Assembly (NCBI GenBank): GCA_963674755.2
Contig: CAXXVS010000002.1
Coordinates: forward strand, 2,304,001 to 2,368,000
Origin: Desulfobacterales bacterium
Lineage (GTDB): Bacteria > Desulfobacterota > Desulfobacteria > Desulfobacterales > UBA5852
Length of the DNA: 64,000 nucleotides
Direction: 5' to 3'
Under the pieces are notes generated by a model, which saw only the letters and a program-made list of their open reading frames with translations, had not been told where the DNA came from and ran no database searches. The first letter of the stretch is position 1, and every line of letters begins with the position of its first letter. Position numbers and translations under genes: made by a program. Shown here in pieces: positions 29,159-38,809 of the stretch.

Positions 29159-29833
29159 CTAATTTAGTGCACCCTTATTTGATAATATCTGTACCGTATT
29201 TTCGAATTCTTTATTTTCAAAAAACCCAAACGAATCTAAGGCTAATTTGTCATTTTGATTCAATTTAGCGCCATTCTTTAACAGATGCATCATTACAGTA
29301 GGGTGATCATAAATAATCGATCTATAGAGTGCGCTGTATTTTCCACTACCAGTATAATTAACATCAGCCCCATTTCGGACTAATAGGTCAACAATTTCGA
29401 TATTATCGAATTGAGCCGCGTTTGTTAGCAAAGTTCCACCATTTTCATCATCCCATGCGAAGTTAGGATCGACTCCTGCCTTTATCAATTCGTCTGCAAT
29501 TACTGGATAATTTCTTGTTATAGATAAGTAAAATGCCAAATTAGGAAACTCAATACTACCTTCCGGTTTTGATCCGCTTTTCAATAAAAACTTTACCATA
29601 TCGATATTGCCGGATGATGTAGCAATTGCGATCGGAGTATATTTAAGACTCTGGATTTCGATTGTACAATTTACATCAGCTCCTTTTTGAATTAACTGTC
29701 CAACCAATTTCGTATCACCAGATATCGTTGCCTCTAATAGTTTTTCATCCAAATCTTGGTTTGAATAACAAATGCAGTTAAATATTAAAATTGTAGCAGG
29801 GATTACGAATAAGAACGATTTCAGAGCATTCAT
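29159..29833 (-). CDS. Cassette: secreted ankyrin-repeat protein
   Basis: Repeated TP/TL..A...G...V..L...GADVN. Confidence 0.9.
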   Translation of the reverse strand: MNALKSFLFVIPATILIFNCICYSNQDLDEKLLEATISGDTKLVGQLIQKGADVNCTIEIQSLKYTPIAIATSSGNIDMVKFLLKSGSKPEGSIEFPNLAFYLSITRNYPVIADELIKAGVDPNFAWDDENGGTLLTNAAQFDNIEIVDLLVRNGADVNYTGSGKYSALYRSIIYDHPTVMMHLLKNGAKLNQNDKLALDSFGFFENKEFENTVQILSNKGALN

Positions 29834-29863
29834 AAATGTGCGCTTCTATTTATGTTTTGAATT

Positions 29864-29923
29864 GTCTAACGCTGCTAATCAGCCGCGCGGCTTTTTGCGT
29901 CGGCTGAATTAGCCTTGTTATGC
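29864..29923 (-). other. attC site 6
   Basis: R'' GCATAAC ... R' GTTAGAC; closely similar to 61155-61214. Confidence 0.88.
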
Positions 29924-30042
29924 CTTTTCAGCGATGTAGCCACCAAAAAGGTATGACTGGTAAAATTTATAATTCTTTGTGAAACCGCTTGATTTCAACA
30001 GCTCAATAATTCTTTCTTCGGGTATGAATTGTAAATCCGTAT
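29918..30042 (-). pseudogene. 3' remnant of a cassette gene (methyltransferase-like C-terminus)
   Basis: TDLQFIPEERIIELLKSSGFTKNYKFYQSYLFGGYIAEKA*, no start codon. Confidence 0.6.
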
Positions 30043-30043
30043 G

Positions 30044-30571
30044 TTAGCTTAGGATTTTATCTTTAACCTTCGACTGAAGCATCTCAAGGTCTTCAATAAA
30101 CTTTTTTTCGAGATCTTCCATGGCCTTACGGTTCTTATTGTAGGCATCCTTTCTAATTTTGAACAGATGTTTATTTTTATGAAGCAATGATCGTCGTTTT
30201 AAAAAATCTTCACGGGCTGTTCTATACTCTGCATTGATCTCAGATAATTTTTGCTCTTCATCACTATATTCTAATGGTGTCGTCCAGTCCCATGGATTTT
30301 CCCAGTTGATGCTATTAGGGTTATTGGATAGACGCCATTTGAAGGCTATCAAATCCATTTCTTGTTCAGCCTCTTTCATCGGTATCCAAAGCTCATAAAA
30401 TGATTTAACTTCAGGGCATGAATTTACAAGAATTTCTGATTCCCTCAACTCATGTAAATAAAACAATTTCTGTGCCTCAATAAAGAATTCTATTTTTTGA
30501 TCCTCAGCATGAGAATTTGAGGCTAATAAAATTGATATCAATAATGTTGCTATAGTCAGGATATTCTTCAT
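30044..30571 (-). CDS. Cassette: secreted hypothetical protein
   Basis: Signal peptide; ends in an isolated R'' AGCTAAC. Confidence 0.8.
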   Translation of the reverse strand: MKNILTIATLLISILLASNSHAEDQKIEFFIEAQKLFYLHELRESEILVNSCPEVKSFYELWIPMKEAEQEMDLIAFKWRLSNNPNSINWENPWDWTTPLEYSDEEQKLSEINAEYRTAREDFLKRRSLLHKNKHLFKIRKDAYNKNRKAMEDLEKKFIEDLEMLQSKVKDKILS

Positions 30572-30576
30572 AAGAG

Positions 30577-30660
30577 AGCTAACGTAGAGTTAACTGGCGT
30601 GGCGTCGTTTGCCACGTCCAAGCGGAGTGCAACGGAGCGATGTTGAACGACGGGTTAGCA
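30577..30660 (-). other. attC site 5
   Basis: R'' TGCTAAC ... R' GTTAGCT. Confidence 0.87.
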
Positions 30661-31284
30661 CTTCAAGTGCTCTATATTGTTTATATATTTCACATTTCTA
30701 TTTTCAAAAACATCACCCTCTTGAAGCAAAGTGATACCACCTGGATTTGAAGAAAAATTGCAATAAGCCATGTTTGAAACTGGAATTTTTAACCAAGACA
30801 TAATAACGAATGTTAAAGCAAAGCCGTGAGTAACAACGATTGCATTTTGATTCATTTCATTTAGAATTTTCGCGATTGATTTTTCTATGCGACTTCCAAT
30901 TTCTCTTCTTGATTCCGAATTTTGGCAAACTCTATGATCTAGTCTATTACCATCTGTTGGTTTATAAGAAATTCTTTTGGATAACCAAGCTTGTTCATGT
31001 CCTTCCGCAATACCGTAACTTAGTTCACGAAGATTTGGATCATATATTACATTTTGCTTAAAAGCCAACCCAATAATTGCAGCTGTTTCTGCTGCTCGCT
31101 TTAAGTCTGAAGAGAATAAATTTACAGGCTCCGTATTTATTCTTTGTTTTAAAGACTGAGCAACTTTTGCAGCTTGATCTTTACCATGTTCAGTCAAACC
31201 AGTATCATACCAACCACCAACTTTTTTTTCTATGTGGTGAACTGATTGAGTATGTGTAACTATGTAAACATTCTTCATTTTCAT
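30655..31284 (-). CDS. Cassette: histidine phosphatase family protein
   Basis: VTH..S, LT..G..QA, SSDL.RA.ETA, LRE.SYG..EG, VTHG. Confidence 0.88.
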   Translation of the reverse strand: MKMKNVYIVTHTQSVHHIEKKVGGWYDTGLTEHGKDQAAKVAQSLKQRINTEPVNLFSSDLKRAAETAAIIGLAFKQNVIYDPNLRELSYGIAEGHEQAWLSKRISYKPTDGNRLDHRVCQNSESRREIGSRIEKSIAKILNEMNQNAIVVTHGFALTFVIMSWLKIPVSNMAYCNFSSNPGGITLLQEGDVFENRNVKYINNIEHLKC

Positions 31285-31286
31285 GG

Positions 31287-31348
31287 TGCTAACGCCGGAG
31301 GTCACAGGGCGCACGGTCCATGCGCTCCTGTGCACGCCTTTGTTCGCT
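31287..31348 (-). other. attC site 4
   Basis: R'' AGCGAAC ... R' GTTAGCA. Confidence 0.85.
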
Positions 31349-31398
31349 CGTCCTTAATTATATAAAAGACCGTATCAGCAACAAAACCTTTCCGTATA

Positions 31399-32196
31399 CT
31401 ATTTTTCGTCCCAGAAGGGCTTACTTTCATCGTCTTTCGGGAAGTTCGGATCGATATGCTTTTTTACTATTTTGTTACGAAAGTATACTTTTTCAGCTTG
31501 TATCCATTTTTTGTCTATTCTCCTGTATTGTACAAGCTGTAAAACGCGACCATTACGAGCCATTATTTCAATTTCATATCTTGCTTTATCAGCATTTTTA
31601 GGCAGCGTTAAAGTCCCAAGGGGATAGCCTTGACTCTTACCGATATTCCCAATTCTTATAATTTTTGCAGATTTATTAACCAGACTATAGAAATCACTGA
31701 GTGATAAATCGGATGGCTTCCCAGCCTCACGCCAATTATTCAAATTCTCAACCCTTTTGTCCAAATCATGAATTCGTACTTCAACGTCATATAAAGGATA
31801 TTCGCCTTCAGTAAGAAGTATTAAATCAATTCGGTTTGATTTAGATGCATTCATTAAAAGGTAACAATAGGTGTCTCCACCTGTTATTGAGCTAGCGATC
31901 TTTTCATTTAGTTCTGAATTTTTTATCGCCAAATTTGTATTTTTTTCTGATATTTCTGCAATCTTCTCAGTTTTTTGTTGTAGTGTTTCTTCTGATTGTT
32001 CATTTTGATACCCAGATAAAATGCCACCACAAAGAACGATAAGCCCTGCGATAAATGAACCCCATGCAATCCATTTTGGAGTCTTTTCTGTTTTTGAAAC
32101 CCCTGCTATAAAACCAAAAAATGAGGTCAGGATACCGCCTATCGCTACAACAATTATTGTTGGGTCCAAAAGATATTGAAAAAATTCTTTCATCAT
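31399..32196 (-). CDS. Cassette: 2-TM plus coiled-coil hypothetical protein
   Basis: ITGGDTYCY, YPLYDV motifs. Confidence 0.8.
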   Translation of the reverse strand: MMKEFFQYLLDPTIIVVAIGGILTSFFGFIAGVSKTEKTPKWIAWGSFIAGLIVLCGGILSGYQNEQSEETLQQKTEKIAEISEKNTNLAIKNSELNEKIASSITGGDTYCYLLMNASKSNRIDLILLTEGEYPLYDVEVRIHDLDKRVENLNNWREAGKPSDLSLSDFYSLVNKSAKIIRIGNIGKSQGYPLGTLTLPKNADKARYEIEIMARNGRVLQLVQYRRIDKKWIQAEKVYFRNKIVKKHIDPNFPKDDESKPFWDEK

Positions 32197-32228
32197 CAGC
32201 CCTATGTTAAGCGCTTCCTAAGAATTAC

Positions 32229-32286
32229 AGCGAACGCCCGGCTTCAGCGCGCGCCGTCAGGCGTCCGCTGAAAGCCGATGTTCGCT
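32229..32286 (-). other. attC site 3
   Basis: R'' AGCGAAC ... R' GTTCGCT. Confidence 0.85.
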
Positions 32287-32654
32287 GTTCCTTTTCTTTC
32301 ATTCCATGTTTCCGGATAGTAGGACTTCAACAAATTCCAAAACTTTTCACGAACTTCAGATATTCCATCATGGTAATATTCAAAAAAGCCAACTTCATTC
32401 CATTCTGGAGGATAGCAGTAGCGTTCACCCTCTTCACCATATTGACATGTCCAAAAATCTGGTTCTTGTGGATCAATGATCCTAAAACAATCAGGGTCAT
32501 AAAGAACAGGATCATTGCCATATGGTTTCGATTCCGGATCTGTAAGCACTCTATATTTATCGGCTTCAATGCCGAGCACTTCATAAATTCGGTCTATCGT
32601 GAGGGATAAACTATACCCCTCGGAATCTTTGAGCTTTATGGGTGATATTTTCAT
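32244..32654 (-). CDS. Cassette: hypothetical protein (immunity-like)
   Basis: LT....Y.VLGIE...PVLYD...F...W...YP.EW...FFE.Y.DG pattern. Confidence 0.78.
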   Translation of the reverse strand: MKISPIKLKDSEGYSLSLTIDRIYEVLGIEADKYRVLTDPESKPYGNDPVLYDPDCFRIIDPQEPDFWTCQYGEEGERYCYPPEWNEVGFFEYYHDGISEVREKFWNLLKSYYPETWNERKGTANIGFQRTPDGAR

Positions 32655-32663
32655 AATTTCAAC

Positions 32664-32762
32664 AGTGAACGTTTCAATATGGGGCAGCCGGAACAGAGCG
32701 AAGCGGCGTGTAGGCTGTCCCAGCCCGCGCTTTTTGCGGGCGACATAATTGACTTGTTATGT
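32664..32762 (-). other. attC site 2
   Basis: R'' ACATAAC ... R' GTTCACT. Confidence 0.83.
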
Positions 32763-32766
32763 TTTA

Positions 32767-33138
32767 TTACCACTTGATTCCAAGGCTCTTAGAAATATCT
32801 TTCGTTGGATCTTTAATGGCTTTAGATAGTTCATGAGAGTCTATGTTTTCGATGACCTTCCTGATTTCGTTGTTCTTACCAGGGCCAGCCACGATATCTT
32901 GTTGCGCACTTATATACTTTATCACTAATTCTTTAACAGCAGAGTCCAATTCTTCATTACTGGCTTTTAACTTGCTGTTTTCTGTTTTGATCTGAGCGAG
33001 CAACTCCTTACGTAGAGCTTCTTCTCGACTATCAAGATATTCCATAGCACCAACACCGGTCATGAACCCGGTGAACAAACAGCCAAGGACAATAATTGAA
33101 GGGCTATTTTCGATAATTGATTTTAGGCTCATTGCCAT
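32767..33138 (-). CDS. Cassette: TM plus coiled-coil hypothetical protein
   Basis: AAGGG RBS; ORF fills the cassette. Confidence 0.78.
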   Translation of the reverse strand: MAMSLKSIIENSPSIIVLGCLFTGFMTGVGAMEYLDSREEALRKELLAQIKTENSKLKASNEELDSAVKELVIKYISAQQDIVAGPGKNNEIRKVIENIDSHELSKAIKDPTKDISKSLGIKW

Positions 33139-33168
33139 TTCCCTTTATAGGTTGTTGGTAGGGCTGAA

Positions 33169-33228
33169 ACATAACGCTGTGCTCACGGGGCGCGGCTTTT
33201 TGCGCTCCCGTGCAGTAAATTGTTGGGT
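33169..33228 (-). other. attC site 1
   Basis: R'' ACCCAAC ... R' GTTATGT. Confidence 0.87.
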
Positions 33229-33237
33229 GCTATAATT

Positions 33238-35003
33238 TCACAGTACAGCTCGTATTTCATCAACCAACATATTGATATCCTGCGGAACTTCGCCGGCATC
33301 CATTTGCTCTAAAATGTTGAATTTGTCGACATGAAAAGCATTCTTGATAGAATGGGTATTTTCATCAATTATATCTTTTCCATTTGCTTGCAAAAGAAGC
33401 TCTGGTTCGCTTTGGTCTATTATACGTGCCGATATATCTAAGGCAAAGTGTTGTGTAATATGATCTATAATATCTTGTGGATTCTTACCTGTTGCCCGCG
33501 CAATTGCATCTGGATGAAGCAGATAACCTTCGATATGGCGTCTTCGCCACTTGCGCGGGAAAAAGCTGTTAACATTATCATCGTTATACTGTTTGTCTTT
33601 TAGTTGAGCATCAACGCTCTCTATAGTTTGAAAATCTCTGTCTACAAGAGAAATCGAAACCAGTGTCGGAAAGAGTTTTCTAAGTTCAAGATGGACGTAT
33701 TTTGCTCTTTGTGTCCGCTAGCCCAAGGCCATACTACGAATGTGTCTGACAGAGGTGTCCCTAATTTATTTGCCGCCTTTTTGAGAATATTTGCATCTGA
33801 TTCATTTTCAACGAATAAAATGCGTTTATGCTTTTCAATATCCGAAAATCGAGGTGTATATTCAGATCCAATGCCGGCAAGAAGGGAAATCTTCTGGTCA
33901 CGAGTATTGAGATAACAAGGTCTGCTTTTGTTGGCATTTAGAATGCGGGAGTGTTCTTCGCATTTAATCAGCTCTGCTGAATGAGTTGAATAAAGCACCT
34001 GCTTGCTAAATTGATCTGCTATTTCTCGGAGTTCTCGAAGCAACTCCTCTTGTAATGCTGGATGTATGTGTGCATCAGGTTCGTCGAGCAAAACCATTGT
34101 GATTTTTGGATCGAGGGTAAGGGCAAGAACAGTCAGCCATTGCAAAAATCCGCTGCCCTCCACCATTAAATCTCTGGGTGTATAGTTATTTAATCGTTGA
34201 AAGCGTCCTGAACGCACCTCACCCCTGAAAGCCTCCACTGTAATATGTGTATGATATATATCGCTGAACTCCTTAACTCGAAGGTTGTAGGAAAAGACAG
34301 TATTTAACAGTTTCGTAAGACGTTCATATGGATCATTTTTTCGTAATCTTTTGAGAAAAGAACTTCTAAGTCTTCTGACTCCTGTTGTTCGACGTTCATC
34401 ATCTCGTTTTTTTTCATTTGTGATATAATGATCTAATATGACGTTTCTCAATACAGCCCCAGGCAATCCTTCACCGATGAACCTTCTAATCATAGCTGGT
34501 GTATATCGAGGTTCTTTGGCTGAAATACCAGCAAATGGCGGTATATATGCAATACGTGGAACTCGATCTTGTGTAGTAACATTAGAACTCAGAGTACGAA
34601 TAAATAGCCTATCGTTCACTAATGAAAGACCAATGCGAATATGTTTTTCTAATGAATCGTCGTCCATCCAATCAACTTGAATCCAAAGTGTATAGCCATC
34701 AGCCTCGTCAATTTTCTGCGTTTTCAAATTAGTCCAAAGGTGTTTCAAGGAAGGAACCGTTACGGGGGAAAATTCATCATCTCCAATACCAACTCCTTGG
34801 TTGCTGCTTTCAGCGCAAATGCTGGGTTTTCCGCGTTCTGTTTCGAGCACAGTGCGACAGAATTCCCATATAGCTAAACCTTGCAATATAGATGTTTTCC
34901 CCGCACTGTTCCCTCCCGCCATCAGCGAAACACCATCATGCAATAGGATTTCAATATCCCGGTATTTTTTAAAACGATGATATGTTACCTTCGTAATTCT
35001 CAT
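33238..35003 (-). pseudogene. First cassette: OLD-like ABC ATPase-TOPRIM nuclease, frameshifted near 33703
   Basis: GGNSAGKT, EGSG, LLDEPDAHIHP, STHS, FVENESD; shifted frame continues LVDRD...RRHIEGYLL to a stop just before attC1. Confidence 0.82.
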
Positions 35004-35015
35004 TAATATTCCTTA

Positions 35016-35044
35016 GCCCAACTATTTTATTATCCTGCTGCAGG
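35016..35044 (-). other. attI site (core GTTGGGC)
   Basis: GTTGGGC nearly complements R'' of attC1; no attC hairpin; preceded by a repeat also found 175 bp upstream. Confidence 0.75.
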
Positions 35045-35201
35045 TTTTAGACAGATAATTGTCTCGAAAGACACTTGATACAGAAAATCAATTTAGCGCC
35101 GCAATTCGATAATTACTCATTATATTTACTGCTTACATATACATAACAAATTTTGTAGCATCTTCAAAGTACCATGGCTGCAGTTTTTGGTGCTATATAT
35201 C

Positions 35202-35226
35202 TTATTATCCTGCTGCAGGATAATAA
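35202..35226. promoter_or_regulatory. Perfect palindrome / attI accessory repeat
   Basis: TTATTATCCTGC-T-GCAGGATAATAA; 18 nt repeated at 35027-35044. Confidence 0.6.
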
Positions 35227-35252
35227 CGTTTATGAATTATCCTGAGACAGTT

Positions 35253-36482
35253 TTAATCCAAAGGGCTAACCACACCCTGCCTGTTTTTGCTGATGATATG
35301 GGTGTAGATCATGGTCGTTCGCAAGTCTGTATGGCCCAACAAATCTTGGATCGTTCTGATGTCATAGCCTCTTTCCAATAGATGGGTCGCAAAACTGTGG
35401 CGCAACGTATGAACTGTGACATGTTTGGCGATACCTGCCTTTTGTGCTGCGGATTTAATAGCTCGGCGCAAATTGTCAGGATATATATGATGCCGCCGCA
35501 AAATACGCGATCTTGGATCGATGGACTCTTTGTAGGAAGGGAAAACCCAATACCAGCCCCATTCTTTGCCGGCGTTAGGATATTTTTTCTCAAGCGCCCC
35601 CGGTGTCATGATGCCGTTTGCGTCCCTTTCGCGATCCTGCTCGTAAAGTATGCGAACACAACATAGATGGTCCTTCATATCTTTTTTGATACTCGAAGGA
35701 AGTACGGTTTCTCTGTCCTTGTCGCCTTTTCCGGCACGCACCGTAACGGCCTCGCGTTCGAAGTCGATGTCTTTGATTCTTAAACTTACGCATTCAGCCA
35801 ACCGCAGGCCGCAACCATAAATGATGCGGGCCATAAGCAGATTGGTTCCCTGCATCGCCTGAAAAAGTTGGTCGATTTCCGAATGCGTAAGGACCACCGG
35901 TAAGCGCTCTTTTCTTTTTGCCCTTATTGTATCGGCTATATCTTCCAGATTCTTGTCGAGAATGTGTCGAAAAAGAAACAGCAACGCGTTGAAAGCTTGA
36001 TTCTGGGTGGATGCAGCAATTTTTTCTTCAACTGCCAAATACGTCATGAAATCCTTTACCGCGGAACTATCTATACTAAATGGCGATTTGCCACATAGAA
36101 ATCGGTAAAAGCGTCGAACCCAACCAATGTAAGCTTTTTCCGTACGATAGGACCGGTGCATTAGACGCAGCATTCTGCGCATGTCGTTGACCACTGATCG
36201 CCATTGGTCGTTTCTTGCGGATCTCAGTCTCGTTGAACGAGTCGCGTTTCGCCTCTCATGGAATTGATAAAGTGAAATCGCTTTGGCCGCCTGATCGACC
36301 TGCCACGATTCCCGGCTTTTGGACAGATGTTTCAAATAGGTTTCGATCTCCTGCTTGGAGACGGCATCTTTGGGCTGTTTACGATGAAAGCGGTAAAATT
36401 GTGTCACCCAGTGAATGTAAAAATCCACCGCCTTGGGGTTGGCAATGCGCATGGAAAGTAGGTAGGCTTTGAAATCCTGCAT
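35253..36482 (-). CDS. intI: Integron integrase with N-terminal extension
   Basis: Tyrosine recombinase residues (GLR, GKGDKDR, HTLRHSF, LGH, TMIYTH), IntI-specific ALEKKYPNAGKEWGWYWVFPS, SPLD C-terminus. Confidence 0.97.
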   Translation of the reverse strand: MQDFKAYLLSMRIANPKAVDFYIHWVTQFYRFHRKQPKDAVSKQEIETYLKHLSKSRESWQVDQAAKAISLYQFHERRNATRSTRLRSARNDQWRSVVNDMRRMLRLMHRSYRTEKAYIGWVRRFYRFLCGKSPFSIDSSAVKDFMTYLAVEEKIAASTQNQAFNALLFLFRHILDKNLEDIADTIRAKRKERLPVVLTHSEIDQLFQAMQGTNLLMARIIYGCGLRLAECVSLRIKDIDFEREAVTVRAGKGDKDRETVLPSSIKKDMKDHLCCVRILYEQDRERDANGIMTPGALEKKYPNAGKEWGWYWVFPSYKESIDPRSRILRRHHIYPDNLRRAIKSAAQKAGIAKHVTVHTLRHSFATHLLERGYDIRTIQDLLGHTDLRTTMIYTHIISKNRQGVVSPLD

Positions 36483-36835
36483 GGTGTTGAAGATCAGCAA
36501 AAGCCATACCAAAAGTACATACTGTAATTTAGCCGGGTTAGGACATTGTGAACCCGTCATAAGCACTTTTACCTGTGCGACATGCCTTATTTACTGTGCA
36601 ACTTCGTAATGAGTATCTGGGACGCGATAGTGTGCTATGGCGACCTGTTAGGGTCGCCCATATTGACGCCGCTTTGCGCGGAATTCAGGCGGGAGCCGGC
36701 AAGAGGATTATGCACAAAATAGATACCAGAATTTTAATATGATGACAAGAACTTGGCCGACGGCCCCCTAAAACACAGGGACAGCGGACGATGAAAAGTT
36801 TAATGTGACCGTTGGGCCTTTACCCCCCCCTCGAT

Positions 36836-37693
36836 TCAGGACATCTCCGCCTTCCGGGACGCCCGGCGGCCGATGATAAACGCCACCAGGCCGACCACCA
36901 CCATCGAAAAGCACAGCACCTGCCCCATGGTGAAGGGTCCCAGAACGAACATCAGCTGGGGGTCCGGCTGGCGGAAGAACTCCAAAAAGAAGCGCATGAT
37001 GCCGTAGCCCATCAGGTAGAGCCCCAGCATGCCGCCCCGCAGGCGGGGGTTGTTGCGCACTGTCCAGAGAATCAAGAAGAGCACGATGCCCTCGAAGAAA
37101 GCCTCGTAGAGCTGGGAGGGATGGCGCAGCTGATGGGTCGGGTCCAGCGGGAAGTACATGCCCCAGGGCACGTCCGTGACCCGGCCGTAGAGCTCCCCGT
37201 TGATGAAGTTGCCCAGCCGCCCGAAGGTGTAGCCCAGGGGCGCGGCGGGCGCCACGAAGTCCACCATGGTGACGAAGGGCTGCTTGTGGCGGCGGCTGAA
37301 AAGATAGCCGGCCGTCACGATGCCGATCACCCCGCCATGATAGGACATGCCGGAGATCCCGGTGAAATGGAAACCGTTGCTGACATCGAAGGGCAGAATG
37401 ATTTTGAGGGGGTGGGCGGCAAAATAGGACCAGTCGTAAAAAATGACGTATCCCAGCCGTCCCCCGATGATCGTCCCGGCGATGAACCAGACCATGAGGT
37501 CCTGGATGCGCTCCGGGGTGTACCAGGTAAACCCATCCTTGTGGCAGCGGTACACCAGCAGGAAATACGTGCAGGTGAAGGCCACGATGTACATCAAGCC
37601 GTAGTAGCGCAGCTGGAAGGACCCGATCTGGAAAAGGGTGGGGTCGATATGGCTGGGCAAGTGCTGCCACCAGTTCCAAAAAGCGTGCGTCAT
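36836..37693 (-). CDS. lgt: Prolipoprotein diacylglyceryl transferase
   Basis: YYGLMY, GGRLGYV, GMSYHGG, GRLGNFINGELYGR, HPSQLYE. Confidence 0.97.
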   Translation of the reverse strand: MTHAFWNWWQHLPSHIDPTLFQIGSFQLRYYGLMYIVAFTCTYFLLVYRCHKDGFTWYTPERIQDLMVWFIAGTIIGGRLGYVIFYDWSYFAAHPLKIILPFDVSNGFHFTGISGMSYHGGVIGIVTAGYLFSRRHKQPFVTMVDFVAPAAPLGYTFGRLGNFINGELYGRVTDVPWGMYFPLDPTHQLRHPSQLYEAFFEGIVLFLILWTVRNNPRLRGGMLGLYLMGYGIMRFFLEFFRQPDPQLMFVLGPFTMGQVLCFSMVVVGLVAFIIGRRASRKAEMS

Positions 37694-37741
37694 TTGTCTG
37701 TCCCGTTAAAAAGGTCCGGCCCCGTGATGGTCCGGCATTTT

Positions 37742-38749
37742 CTATTGTCCGAAAGCAAATCCCGGCATCAGGGCGCCGGCCACATTCACCTTCTTGATGA
37801 TCTGCTTCTGGTTGTACATGATCTCTTCGGTCTGCATCCAGGCGTCGGTGTCGATGATGCCGATGGGTTCGCCGGATTGCGGTTGGACCAGGTCGCGGGT
37901 GACATCCAGCTGGGCTTGCAGCTCGTCGCGCGGGGTGTCCTTGTCGTAGTCCTGGAGCATCGTGAGCACCATGTCGCTTTGGTTCGGATCGAGGGCCGCG
38001 GTCCAGCCCTTGAGCAGGGCCTGGATAAAGCGGCGCACCGTATCCGGCCGCTCCTGCGCCATCTGGCGGGAGGTGACCACGGAATTGGCCACAAACTTGA
38101 CGCCGAAGTCGGAAGGAATGAAAAACTGCACCGGATCCCCGTTGGCCGCCATTTTACGGCCGATGACAATGCCCTGGGTGTTGCGATAGACCGGCCAGAG
38201 ATCCACCTTGCCCTGATAAAAGGGCGTGTAGTCGTAACGCACGCTGAAGAGTTTCACATCCCGGTCCGTCAGGCCGCCCTTGGCCAGCAGGGTGCGCATG
38301 ATGGTTTCATCGTTGCCGCCGTATGTGATGCCGATGGTCCGTCCCCGCAAATCGGCCAGCTGTACAATCGGCGGATCGGACTGGCGGTAGATCCACTGCA
38401 GGGGATTTTCCTGGAAAAGCTGCGCGATGACCACCACGGGCGATCCCTTGCCCATGGCCCGGATCACCTGGTCGGCGGACGCCACGCCGAACTGGGCCTG
38501 TCCCAGCTCGAGCTCTTTGATGGCATCCCGCTCCGGTCCGCCGGCTTTGACGGTCACGTCCAGGCCGGCGTCGGCGAAATCGCCGTGCGCCACGGCATAC
38601 AAATCACCGACCGCGCTGGTATTGAAAAGCCATTTCAAACGGTAGGTCAGTTGTTCGGCCCCCCGGGCTGCGGGCGACGCCAACACCACCACGGCCATCA
38701 GGATGAGGGCGGCCGCCCACCCCTTCATCAGGCATCGATACGGTTGCAT
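37742..38749 (-). CDS. ABC transporter substrate-binding protein (NMT1/THI5-like)
   Basis: RLKW, G.FA.AGLDV, signal peptide. Confidence 0.85.
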   Translation of the reverse strand: MQPYRCLMKGWAAALILMAVVVLASPAARGAEQLTYRLKWLFNTSAVGDLYAVAHGDFADAGLDVTVKAGGPERDAIKELELGQAQFGVASADQVIRAMGKGSPVVVIAQLFQENPLQWIYRQSDPPIVQLADLRGRTIGITYGGNDETIMRTLLAKGGLTDRDVKLFSVRYDYTPFYQGKVDLWPVYRNTQGIVIGRKMAANGDPVQFFIPSDFGVKFVANSVVTSRQMAQERPDTVRRFIQALLKGWTAALDPNQSDMVLTMLQDYDKDTPRDELQAQLDVTRDLVQPQSGEPIGIIDTDAWMQTEEIMYNQKQIIKKVNVAGALMPGFAFGQ

Positions 38750-38809
38750 ATCAACCTCCTTTGTTGCCCCCGGCCGACGCTGCGGCTGCCATGGGAGGCG
38801 CTTCCGGGA

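Larger units (their letters stand above)
15266..35022 (-). mobile_element. Integron gene-cassette array (21 attC sites, about 21-22 cassettes)
   Basis: Co-oriented AT-rich single ORFs, each followed by an imperfect palindrome RYYYAAC...GTTRRRY; cassette start cores mostly complement the R'' of the same cassette. Confidence 0.95.

Noticed and set aside
15266..33228. Regularly spaced palindromes as a CRISPR array or simple terminators
   Set aside because: Units differ in sequence and length, are separated by whole genes and carry RYYYAAC/GTTRRRY cores, so they are attC sites.
36490..36760. LexA box upstream of intI
   Set aside because: No convincing CTGT-N8-ACAG or deltaproteobacterial box found by eye.
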